Source: the human T2T-CHM13v2.0 reference genome, Homo sapiens
Assembly: GCF_009914755.1 (NCBI RefSeq)
Contig: NC_060927.1
Length of the DNA stretch: 64,000 nucleotides
Reading direction: 5' to 3' (one strand)
The translations under genes and the position numbers were made by a program. Positions 32,114 to 45,137 of the stretch are shown here, in pieces. The notes under the pieces are model-generated. The model did not search any database, had not been told where the DNA came from, and saw only the letters and a list, made by a program, of their open reading frames with translations. Position 1 is the stretch's first letter, and the number at the start of each line of letters is the position of its first letter.

Positions 32114-33007
32114 TTACACATGAGGACTTACTTTAAAACGTAATACTTAGCTGTAATCCCACTGAGACGTGGACAAAAAGAGAAAAATGAAAACAACAGT
32201 CACTACTCATACTGGTTAAATATACATTTATAAATATAAAAATACGTATAATTTTATATTATGTTTATTTTCTACATTTACATGTACTTAAAGTACTTAT
32301 AAAGTACATGTACTTTATATGTCATTTATACTCTACTTTTGTTTAATACATTATTTTCTATTATGTTTACATATTAACTATTGCATATTATATAACATAA
32401 ATATATAAATATTCTTTTTCACTAAAAGGAATCAGGACTTTAGAGACATAGCTGATCTGAGGACCAATGAAGGACATGTACAAGATGAGCTTTGGCCAAC
32501 ATGTTGTTTTGTCAGAAAGCAAGGAAGCTACCAGAGAGACAATACTAGAGTCATGTCAGAAAAGACTCAGAAGTCAACTTGAAAAGGCTCTTTTGGCCAA
32601 GGGAATGACATCAATAAGAATACAAACTACAGTCAATAAAACATATCAAATGCCTAAATCCACACGCTCACAATAACTCAAAAAAATCCTCACTTGTTAC
32701 CTAGAAAGGTATTCAAGAATACTAGAAAGGCTTCCAGGAAACAACTCAGTACTTTGAAAACTGGTAAATAAAAGAAAGAATCATGCATTTCATATGCCTT
32801 TCCTGTGCAATCTGTGCCACAAAGTAACGAAATATCTGTTGGGGAAAGTTTCTCTTTATAGAAATGTTACACATAATAAAAGCTTGATATAATTGAATAT
32901 GAACATTCTCATTGCCCTCATGGAAATAATGGTTCTAGGAATGATCATCAATGTCGCCTACTGTCAGGAATAAAAAACAAACATTGGGTGCTTCCTTATG
33001 CAAGCAT

Positions 33008-33208
33008 ACAGTAAGTGTCCTTTATCTAAAACGATTGGGACTACAAGTGTTTCAGATTTTGAAATATCTGCAGTATAACGGTTTAGCGCTCCCATTGTGA
33101 AAATGTGAAATCCAAAATGCTCCAATGAGTATTTCCTTTGAGTGTCGTGTTAGTGCTCAAAAAATTTCAGATGTTGGAGCATTTCAGATTAGAGGTATTC
33201 CATCTATA
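33008..33208. mobile_element. Tigger4a/MER46A-like MITE within old L1M sequence
   Basis: AAATCCAAAATGCTCCAATGAGTATTTCCTTTGAGTGTCGTGTTAGTGCTCAAAAAATTTCAGAT. Confidence 0.78.
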
Positions 33209-33559
33209 CTTAGCACCACCTGTGAAATATTCTGCCACCCCAACCTCCCAAAATAATAAAGGAAAAAACCTAAATTAAGATTAGATTAATCTTAATTCAT
33301 TAGATGAAGCCTTTAGCTATAACCACCAATTTACAGAAAATATAAGGAAAAGATGAACATTATACTACAGGAATCCAATTAATAAAATACAGAATGTAGA
33401 AAACTTCACAGGACAAATAAAAGGGAAAAAATAGGTAGAAGCATAACTATACACAGTAACCAAACATAATGTATAAGTTTTGTTGATTCTGTAAAAACAT
33501 ATTAGGAGCAGTTCAGAAAAATTGAAGCTAAGTAGATAGTTGGTAGTGTAAAGAAATTA

Positions 33560-36268
33560 TTGTCAGCACCTCACATCCATTAAGATGGGCACTAGCAAAC
33601 AAACAGCAAATGTTGTCCAGTGTGTAGAACCCTGTTGCACTATTGGTAGAAATGTAAAATAGTGCTGCTGCTCTGGAAAGAGTACAGAAGTTTTTCAAGG
33701 AAAAAAAAAAACCTAGAATTACCATATGATCCAGCAATCCCTCTTCTGAGATCCCAAAAAGAATTCCAGTTCTAAAAAGAGTTGAAATCAAGATGTCAAA
33801 GAGATTTGCACATCCATGTTCAAAGCAGGACTATTCATAACAGCCAAGAGGTGGAAGCAACCCAAATGTCTACCAACAGATGAATGGATAAAGAATATGT
33901 GGTATGACTTCTATTCAACATAGTACTTACTGGAAGTCCTAGCCAGAGCAATCAGACAAGAAAAGACATCAAGGGCATCCAAATCGGTAAAGAGGAAGGC
34001 AAACTGTTGCTGTTTGCTGATAATATAATTGTATACCTAGAAAACCCTAAAAACTCCTCCAAAAAGTTCCTAGAAGTGATAAATGAATTCAGCGAAGTTT
34101 CCAGATACAAAATTAATTTACACAAATCTAACTCTTCTATACATCAACAGCAACCAAGTGGAGAATCAAACCAAGAACTCAAACCCTTTTACAGCTATTG
34201 TAGTAGCTGCAAAAATAAAATAAAATACTTAGGAATATACCTAACCAAGGAGATGAAAGACCTCTACAAGGAAAACTACAAAACACTGCTGAAAGAAATC
34301 ATAGATGACACAAACAAATGGAAACACATCCCGTGTTCATGGATGGGTAGAATCAATATTGTGAAAATGACCACACTGCCAAAAGCAATCTACAAATTCA
34401 GTGCAATTCCCATCAAAATACTACATCATTCTTCACAGAAGTACAAAAAACAGTCCTAAATTTCTATGGTATCAAAGAAGAGCCCACATAGCCAAAGCAA
34501 GACTAAGCCAAAAGAACCAATCTGGAGTCATCACATTACCTGATCTCAAACTATACTATAAGGCCATAGTCACCAAAACAGCATGATACTGGTATAAAAA
34601 TAGGCACATAGGCCAATGGAACAGAACAGAGAACCCAGAAATAAAGCCAAATATTTACAGCCAACTGATCTTCGACAAAGCTAACAAAAACATAAAGTGG
34701 GGATAGAACACCCTATTCAACAAATGGTGCTGGGAGAATTGGCAAGCCATATGTAGAAGAAGGAAACTGTATCCTCATCTCTCACCTTATACAAAAATCA
34801 ACTCAAGATGGATCAAAGAGTTGAATCTAACACCTGAAACCATAAGAATTCCAGAAGATAACATTGGGAAAACCCTTCTAGACACTAGCTTGGGCAACGA
34901 CTTCATGACCAAGAACCCCAAAGCAAATGCAACAAAAACAAAGATAAATTAAGATGGGACTTAATTATTAACTAAAAAGCTTCTTCATAGCAAAAGGAAC
35001 AATCAGCAGAGTAAACAGACAACCCACAGAGTGAGAGAAAATCTCCACTATCTATACATCCAACAAAGGACTAATATTCACAATCTACAAGGAACTCAAA
35101 CAAAGCAGCAAGAAAAAAACAAATAATCCTATAAAAAAGTGGGCTAAGGACATGAATAGACAATTCTCAAAAGATATACAAATGACCAACAAACATGAAA
35201 AAAATACTCAGTATCACTAAAAATAAGAGAAATGCAAATCAAAACCACAATGTGATGCCACCTTACTCCTGCAAGAATGGCTGTAATCAAAAAATGAAAA
35301 AATAATAGATGTTGGTGTGGATGTGGTGAAAAGGGAACACTTACACTGCTGGTGGGAATGTAAACTAGTACAACCATTATGGAAATCAATGTGGAGATTC
35401 CTTAAAGAACTAACAGTAGAACTACCATTTGATCCAGTAATCCCACTACTGGGTATCTACCCAGAGAAAAAGAAGTCATTATATGAAACAGATCCTTGTA
35501 CACGCATGTTTATAGCAGCACAATTTGCAACTGCAAAACTATGGAACCAGCCCATCAGTCAACAAGTGGATAAAGAAATTGTGGTATGTGTATATACACC
35601 ATGGAATACTATTCAGTCACAAAAAGGAATGGATAATGGCATTCATAGCACCCTGGATGGAATGAGAGACCATTATTCTAAGTGAAGTAACTCAGGAATG
35701 GAAAACCATAACGTTGCATGTTCTCACTCATAAGTGAGAGCGAAGCTATGAGGAGGATGCAATAGCATAAGAATATACAATGGACCTTGTGGACTAGGGG
35801 GAAAGGGTGGGGGATGGAGAGGGATGAAAGACTACACACTGGGTACAGTGTACACTGCACAGGTGATGAGTGCACCAAAATCTCAGAAATCACCACTAAA
35901 GAACTTATCCATGTAAGCAACCACCACCTATTCCCCCAAAAACCGACTGAAATAAAAAAAGAATAAAAAAATAAAGAAAATGCGTTATATACATACAATG
36001 GAATCTCATTCTGCCTTAAAAAAAAAACAAGGAAATAATGTCACAGGCTACAATACAGATGAATCATCACGAGATTATGTTAAAAAGCAGCCAATCTCAA
36101 AAAGACAAATAGTATATGGTGCTACCTATATGAGGTATCTAGCAAACTCAGAAACAGAAATAAAAGGTTGTTGCCAGAGGACGGGCTAGGGGGAGAGGGG
36201 GGTGTTGGGAACTCGCAGGCGGGTAGGAGAGGGCGGGTGCTGTTTAATGGGTATACGGTTTTGGTTTT
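33560..36268 (+). mobile_element. L1MB-like 3' fragment split by L1PB
   Basis: 33560-33906 ends ACAGATGAATGGATAAAGAATATGTGGTAT; the element resumes at about 35975 with ...ATACATACAATGGAAT. Confidence 0.75.
33907..35972 (+). mobile_element. 5'-truncated L1PB (ORF2 RT/C-terminal remnant plus 3'UTR)
   Basis: Disrupted ORF2 peptides LFADNIIVYLENP, WKHIPCSWMGRINIVKM and [13 protein letters not shown]; L1PB-type 3' end GTGCACCAAAATCTCAGAAATCACCACTAAAGAACTT. Confidence 0.93.
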
Positions 36269-36345
36269 GTAGTGAGCCCAGATCACACCACTGCACTTCA
36301 GCCTGGGCAACAGGGTAGATTGTCTCAAAAAATAATAAATAAAAA
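36269..36345 (+). mobile_element. Alu 3' fragment
   Basis: GTAGTGAGCCCAGATCACACCACTGCACTTCAGCCTGGGCAACA plus A tail. Confidence 0.85.
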
Positions 36346-36476
36346 GTCAAAATAATAATATACACCTGCTGGCCAATGGGTCCTACTAATGCAATATGAG
36401 ATAATTACAAAAAAGTATTTATGAAACATTTTATACAGGAAAGCAGCTATAAATCATGATTAAAGGTGCAATTAGA

Positions 36477-36764
36477 TTTTTTTTTTTTTTGAGATGGTGT
36501 CTCACTTGTCACCCAGACTGGAGTGCAGTGGCTTACTGCAACCTCTGCCTCCCAGGTTCAAGGGATTCTCTTGCCTCAGCCTCCCAAGTAGCTGAGATTA
36601 CAGGTGTGCGCCACCACGCCTGGCTAATTTTTGTATTTTTAGTAGAGATGGGGTTTCACCATGTTGGCCAGGCTGGTCTCGAATTCCTGATCTCACAAGT
36701 GATCCGCCTGCCTCGGCCTCCCCAAAGTGCTGGGATTATAGGCATGAGGCACTGCACCCTGCCG
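36477..36764 (-). mobile_element. AluS
   Basis: Full Alu; TSD GTGCAATTAGA. Confidence 0.95.
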
Positions 36765-36884
36765 TAAAGTGCAATTAGATTTAAAATTACTTGTGTCTAG
36801 GTAAAAGAAGAGTGAAGGCAAAAAAGGATGTTATGAATCCCTCATATTATTTTAACAAGAACAATGTTCAGTAAGGGGAAGAAA

Positions 36885-37005
36885 AATGTTTGAGGAGATG
36901 GATATCCCACTTATCCTAACTTGATCATTTTATATTTATACAAGTATCAAAATATCACATGTACCCTAAAATAAGTACAACTACTATATACCAACCTTTT
37001 AAATT
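36885..37005 (+). mobile_element. L1MA 3'-end fragment
   Basis: ATGTTTGAGGAGATGGATATCCC...ATCAAAATATCACATGTACCC. Confidence 0.75.
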
Positions 37006-37295
37006 TTAAGAGAAAAAAACACTGTTGAGGGTAGGTAGGGAGGTAGTAGAGGTAACTGTATATAATCCCACTAAGCACTCTGGCATTTTCAGAGAAAATA
37101 AATATGACATACTACACAGCACAGGTTCAACCCAGATTATTATTGCATTTCTGAGGGTCATGGGAAAACCATACCATTTTGAACCAATACCTACAAATTT
37201 ACTAGCACATCTGTGCAAATATATAGAAATGGCTTCAGTGTCCTTAGCTAGACTGTAAGCAAGTTTGCTGTAATCTTGGTCTCCTTCATCTCTAA

Positions 37296-37334
37296 CACAC
37301 ACTAACATACATACATACACACACACACACACAC
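37296..37334. repeat. (CATA)n/(CA)n microsatellite
   Basis: Directly visible. Confidence 0.85.
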
Positions 37335-38905
37335 TTAAATTTCTGTGATCATGACATTAAAATGATTTCAGAGATTTTCAACAAAACTGACAAACATGTT
37401 TGGGATGATCTAATTTAAAATATAGTCTATGAGCGGTTATAAAAACAGTCTATATGAGTAACACATAAAAATTTTTCACTTAAGGATAGGCATTTGTAAG
37501 AGATAGGTAGCTTCATGACACCTGTATCTCAGATACCCAACTGGTTTGACTGCCAAGGGAGACGTGCCACAAATACTAAGGATCCGACAACAAAGAAGAG
37601 TAACAGGTTTCAAATGTGAACTTCATTTGAACAAAAACTTCATGTGAACAAAAAGCCAAGAGCAGATACTCCAAATACCAAAGTTGATTTACCATGAATC
37701 TGTTTCTTTCATGAGAAACTCTAGTACTCCCTGGGAAACAGCAGATCTAGTGGTTAATGAGTTGCCAGAGCAATCTAAAGACCCCAGCAAGTGCTTTATA
37801 AATTAACAAAAACCATGCCATCCTTTGTGCTAGGTAAAGCTTGGCTTGGGGGGTGGGGACATCTTATTTTCTTCAACATCTCCTATCAACCCGAGAGAGA
37901 AAAGAGAAAGGAGAGAGGAGGAGAGGAAAGGGAAGAGGGTGAGCAGGATGCAGAGGAGGAGAACAGGAAAAGGAGGAGGTCAACCTTTTTTCCCCAATAG
38001 GAATTCAGAAGAGTTTAAACAGAGAAAATCCTCCTATCAACATACTGAAAAAAATCCATCTCTAATAGGAATTATTTCTGGGAATATTTTCACAAATATC
38101 TTAACCACTTATTCTGGTTCTTAACTTTTAATAGTTTTTCTTTCAGACTGATACATCATTTCCCACCAAATTCTATAAACCTCAATCAGTTTTTATGCCT
38201 CCCTAATTTAGTAAAACTAAAATTGTTGGTAATGAACTACAGAAAATATTTATAAATGTAAGATGTTATTATTTGATTCTTTAAAAAAGTAAAAATTCAT
38301 TTATCTTCTATTTATTTATCCCCAAAATACACAACAATATTATTTCGGTAAGAAATTTTTTTTAAGAGAGAATCACTCTGACTTCCAGTTAACAATGATA
38401 AGCACTTGACATACAGCTAGAATAAACCTTAGAAAGTCCAATTCCATCACCTAAGTTTTATAAGAGTACTGCCAAAAGTCAAAGATTCATAGTATATTCA
38501 GGAAATAAAGCAAATGCCAGCTCCCACAGAGTCCACTAGTCTTTCTGCTATATCACATGATTGCCATTTATATTCTACAGTGAAAGGCTTCTTAAAAATC
38601 TTTTTAAGTAGATAAGAATGACTCTCCTTAAAATGATTAATTATAACAGGTAGAATCCTAGCCATTTAAATGCACATAACTAAAAAATATTAGGATAAAT
38701 GCAATACACAAAAACAATCTATTTCAGTGAAATTATGGACAAAAATAGAAGAGCAAAATGCCACTGTTGCATTTTTAACAAGAAAATACTATTCACAAAA
38801 TTTAGTTCATTTGACAAAACACAAGACCATCACGATATAACAATATTTTTCATCCTGATGACCGTAGCTAAGACGTTTTTAAAACTACAGAACACAGAAA
38901 TCCTC

Positions 38906-39218
38906 AGCTGGATGCGGTGGCTCACACCTGTAATCCCAGCACTTTGGGAAGCTCAGGTGGGCGGATCACCTGCGGTCAGGGGTTCGAGACCAGCCTGGCC
39001 AACATGGTGAAATCCTGTCTCTTACTAAAAATACAAAAAATTAGCTGGGCGTGGTGGCGCATGCCTGTAATCCCAGCTACCTGGGTGGCTGAGGCAGGAC
39101 AATCGCTTTAACCTGGGAGGCGGAGGAGGTTGCAGTGAGCGGAGATCACGCCATTGCACTCCAGCCTGGCCAACAAGAACGAAACTCCGTCTCAAAAAAA
39201 CATAAAAAGAAAAGAAAA
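38906..39218 (+). mobile_element. AluS
   Basis: Full dimeric Alu about 230 nt from the UTR-exon donor. Confidence 0.95.
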
Positions 39219-39446
39219 TAGAAATTTTCAAAAGTAGCAATTTTTCCTTTACAAAATATTCAAAAGTTATTTTTAAATACTTTAAACTACATATATTTAA
39301 AAAGAATAAAAAATTTAAAAAAAAAACACTTACTTAGCTTGGGAACACATGTATTTTGTCAAATTGTGAGAAACTTTCAAAATTCTCAAAAGATTCTAAA
39401 AACAAGAGAATAAGAAACACTGACATTGGGAGTTGGAGAGTCTTAC

Positions 39447-39522
39447 CATTGGCAGTGCATTGATGTGGGGATGTGCAACTGAATATCCGGTCACCGCCAA
39501 TCACAAGTTGCTGTTGTTGATG
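39447..39522 (-). other. TBL1XR1: TBL1XR1 non-coding 5'UTR exon, 76 nt
   Basis: tactttccttttcctcag|CATCAACAACAGCAAC...CACTGCCAATG|gtaaga has a strong acceptor and donor. The sequence matches my recollection of the TBL1XR1 mRNA leader preceding GGTTATATCC. Confidence 0.9.
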
Positions 39523-40022
39523 CTGAGGAAAAGGAAAGTAAAGTATTCAATGTGCCCTAAAACAAATTCAGTTTAAAAGATTTTCCATACCAAATGTTAC
39601 ATGTTTGAAATATTCTTTAAGGTCCCCACCAGTGAATTTCTTTCTCCCCCAAGTAATTGTTATCATAAACAACAGCAGCAACTTTTGAGTGCTTAATACT
39701 TGGCAAGTCTTTAGAACGTTCATAAGAGGTTGGCACAGTGAACAAAATGAGACTCAAAGAGATTCATCTGCACACAAGTGGTCTCACCACCAGGCAACTC
39801 AACTCATGTAAATATTATTGCATTACGGTCCAATTAGTATGTTCATAATCTATAATCATGGGCCACCAAGAATGGCATAAACTTGCATTCTATATTGTTT
39901 AATAATAAAGAGAAATATATCATTGGTTTAGAAACAATTTCAATCAAAACTTATTAACTCTGTTCTCTTTAAACTTTATAGGGCTTATCCAGTTTTCTCA
40001 ATTGCTAAGTCAGGGCACCTTA

Positions 40023-40377
<355 letters not shown>

Positions 40378-40940
40378 TCACATACCATGTCAGAGGAGAC
40401 TCTTAGTTGGAACACTGACCAGTACAGTTTCCACCACGGAGTACAGTTTTCTAAAGAGTAAAATCAAGCTGACACCACAGAAAGGAGTTTACTACTATAT
40501 ATGGGAGGTTTAGCTCCTACACCAATTAGGTGAAGTAAGAAGATAACTAAGTAAATGATGATTATGCCACATACACTATCCCACCAATCCCTGGTGCTTC
40601 AAAACAGGGCGTGGGCGTGAGCCCCCAAGGTTTGTTGCCTAGAGGCACTTATGAGCTACTCGGTAGGTCCTTTCTAGCACAGACTGAGGAAATGTTCTTT
40701 ACACATCATGACTAGATACCACTAGGCTCTGTTTACCTCAAGGTCATTTGTTATGAATGTCAATTATTTCAGTATAAAGTTTTTGTCACTTTTTGAGCTA
40801 AAGTTATATAGGGCTACTTGTTATCTAAAAATCAATGGAGCATTTTTGTCACAAAACTTTTTGGCATACATGCATTCAATTTATTTATAAATAATTAACA
40901 TGTACTACTAAATAATGTGTATTTTAAAACACATACAAGA

Positions 40941-41235
40941 AGTCAGGCACAGAGACTCATGCCTGTAATCCCAGCACTTCGGGAAGCCGAGGCGGGCCGC
41001 TTGAGCTCAGGAGTTCGAGACCAGCCTGGGCAGCATGGTGAAATCCCATCACTACCAAATATACAAAAAATCAGCCAGGCATGGTGGCGCATGGCTGTGG
41101 TCCTAGCTACTCGGGAGCCTGGGGCACGAGGGTCACTTGAGCCTGGGAGGCAGAGGTTGCAGTGAGCTGAGATGGCCATGCCACTGCATTTCAGTCTGTG
41201 TGATAGAGACTCTGTCTCAAACAAACAAGAAAAAC
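40941..41235 (+). mobile_element. Alu (J-like)
   Basis: Dimeric Alu containing GCTTGAGCTCAGGAGTTCGAGACCAGCCTGGGC. Confidence 0.9.
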
Positions 41236-41409
41236 TCCCAACATAAGTAAAAGATAGATAAATTATTTATTTACAGTGCTATAATATTTTTGTTCATAAC
41301 ATTCTACATTCTTAATGTCTTAATGATAGTTTTACATCATTAACTAGTATCTAAAGGTACAACTTAATTGTAGAGCAAAGCTCATCAACACCAACAGTGA
41401 ATAATGTAC

Positions 41410-41705
41410 TTTTTTTTTTTTTGAGACGGAGTCTCACTCTGTCACCCAGGCTGAAGTGCCATGGCACAATCTCAGCTCACTGCAACCTCCACCTCCTGAG
41501 TTCAAGTGGTTCTCCTGGTCTCAGCCTCCTGAGTAGCTGGCACTACAGGTACAAGCCACCACGCCTGGCCAATTTTGGTATTTTTAGTAGAGACGGGGTT
41601 TCACTATGTTGGCCAGACTGGTCTCGAACTCCTGACCTCAAGTGATCCACACGTCTCCAACTCCCAAAGTGCTGGGATTACAGGGGTGAGCCACTGTGCT
41701 GGGCC
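41410..41705 (-). mobile_element. AluS
   Basis: Full Alu; TSD AATAATGTAC / AATAATCTAC. Confidence 0.95.
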
Positions 41706-41745
41706 AAATAATCTACATTTCAAACATCTTTCTTGATAATCCCTA

Positions 41746-42234
<489 letters not shown>

Positions 42235-42373
42235 GGCTTGTTTCTTAACTATTTTGGTTTTAGATGCAATTTTTTTTTTTTGCAAGATTAAGTCATGAGC
42301 CTGTTTTGGTGAGGCTTGGTTAAAACTGGGTAATAAAATCTACAAATCTATGTAATTAAACACAAGTGAATAC

Positions 42374-42746
42374 ATGCTGTGTTTTAATTGTGTCCCTCAA
42401 ATTTCATGTGTTGGAGACTTAATCCCCAAATTCATATGTTGATGACATTTGGAGGTGGGGCCTTTGAGAGGAATTAGTATTAAGATAAAGTCATCAGGGT
42501 GTAGCCCCCATGATGGGACTGGCCACTTTATAAGAAGAGCAAAAGGGACCTGAGCTGACTCGCTCTTGCCTTCTTGCCATGTGATGCCCTCCAACATGTT
42601 ATAAAGCAGTAAGAAGGCCCTTCCCACAGGCGGCCCCTCAAGCCTGGACTTTCTAGCCTCTGGAACTATAAGAAATCAATTTATTTTATTCATAAATTAC
42701 CCAGTCTATGGTATTCTGTTATAACAACAGAAAATGGACTAAGACA
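42374..42746 (+). mobile_element. MST (MSTD-like) MaLR LTR
   Basis: AATTTCATGTGTTGGAGACTTAATCCCCAA...ATAAATTACCCAGTCT..GGTATTCTGTTATA..AATGGACTAAGACA. Confidence 0.85.
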
Positions 42747-44828
42747 AATAAACTTACAATACTAAGCTGAAATAATAGCAATTCCAGGAAACAGAACGAA
42801 TGAATGAATGTATCACCGGTGCTTTGCGGAACCTCCACTTTTTCCTCCAAATAGCATTATGTACAATATGTTCTACATGACTCTCTTATACTAGAACCAA
42901 ATGAGGGTACAAATTTGAACCCCTGTATTAACCATTAGAATTTTTTTTTTTACTTTGAAATGAACATAAATAAATGAACATAGAAACTAATAAGATATGG
43001 TACACATATAACACACAAACTTACATACATCTACCTTTATAGAATGCTAAATCAGATCATTCTTCCAGTTTCTTTTTCTAACTTTTCGGTCATCAGTGAG
43101 TCTCTCATCACCCTCATAGATGTATCTAATCTCAGTTTTCACTAATTACCTTTTCTCTACCTTTGTCTTCATTCATTCATTTAACTTTTCCTATTAATAC
43201 TACAAGTCGTTAAGGAGAAAGACCACAATAGTGATTTAATAGTTGATGACATGGTTAAAAAGTATTTGATTCTAGGATTTGAAGGGTGAATAAATATGTG
43301 AAAAATGGTATACCAACTGCACCTGCAAATTAATCTGGAAAATTTCTAGAAACATACGCAGGACCATATTTTTTTATTTCTTAGATGTTTTCCTAGTCAA
43401 CTCATTTACCTGTGTCCTAGCCATCATGCAATGCATTTATAAAGCACACCACGTAATTAAAATAAACATCTGAATTTTAAAAGATATAGTGATATACTTT
43501 ACAAAGGAATTACAAAACTTAAGGTGCATTTAAGATAGTCTGACAATGTATATTGAAACTATTGAAACTATTTGTATTAAAGGAATTCAAGTCCAAAACA
43601 TGTGTGTCCCGTCTATCTGCATTTCTACTTTTACTCAACATTCTCTACTCTCACCACAGCAGATCACTGTGTGCAGTGTTATCTGCACTCTTTGGCTGCC
43701 CTGACATTCCTCATTCCTTACCAGAAATGTCCTTCTGACTACGGTTCTGCTCACAAATCTTCCTATCCCTCCTCCAAAGATCAGGCCCAATCAGCTTCCT
43801 CCATTAATTATCCACCCCACCATCCAGAGAGAGAAATGAGCCCCAGCTTAACATATCTCCCTTTCCACAACCGCATAGTGCCTTATTCTTCTATCATACC
43901 TCTCTGATCAAATTTCTAGAGACCCAGGACTGATTTAATCATCTTGCTGTTCCCTAACAGAACTAAGAATAATGCCTTGAACATACATGATTCTTAAGAT
44001 ATATATGCTGATAAAATGTTAGTGTCTAGATATAGAGAAATAGATATAAACATATTTGAAAATAAAATGCAGTAGACACTGAATTACTGAACAAATAAAT
44101 CACACTGGGAAGGAAAAACTCACCAGTGGATTGTTACTTTGAAAATGCTTGAGAGAACCTGGTTATATACCAGTAACTTTAACACCACTTCCAGAAGGTG
44201 ACCAATAAAGGTGGATCTTCCATCATTAACAAGAAACTCAAGAAGTACATGATCAATCACATTATTAGTGTAAAAACTATCACCTCCTTTGTGTACTACA
44301 TAAACTAAATATATTTACTTCTTGTAATAAAATAAATGGCTGTAAGGTTTGTGTTTTGTCTCCAAACAAAAAGCTTTGCTTCCAAAAATGTATTTCAGAG
44401 CATTTTATCTAAAGTAAACGAAGTATTAATTTTAGATAAGGCTTACAGCATAGAAAGACACTGTTGACTTAGCAGACATCTTCTAAGATCTGCCACCTAC
44501 ACACAATTAGGAAGTTTTTTTAACATGGAAAAATTCTAAAGAAAAGCAAATGATATATTTTGACTGTTCTTCAAAAATACTACATTGCAGTCTCTAGAAG
44601 TAAATTTATTTAATTTATAGATAACTTTGAAAAGCTAATGGACATTATGGGCCCTTTTCCTAGACAAAGGTACAAACACAATAAAAACTTATTATTTAAG
44701 GTAGCAACACACTCTAATCTAGAACCTAGTGGTCAGTAACAAGTTCAAGGAAGTATATCTGGTATCCTTAAAAAATAAAATTATTTTGTTTTAATGTACA
44801 GAATTTGGGAAAGTCACCCCATGAATTA

Positions 44829-45137
<309 letters not shown>

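Noticed and set aside
34007-35685. Reverse-transcriptase-like ORFs as an active or novel RT system
   Set aside because: They are frameshifted remnants of a 5'-truncated L1PB ORF2 with a mutated catalytic motif.
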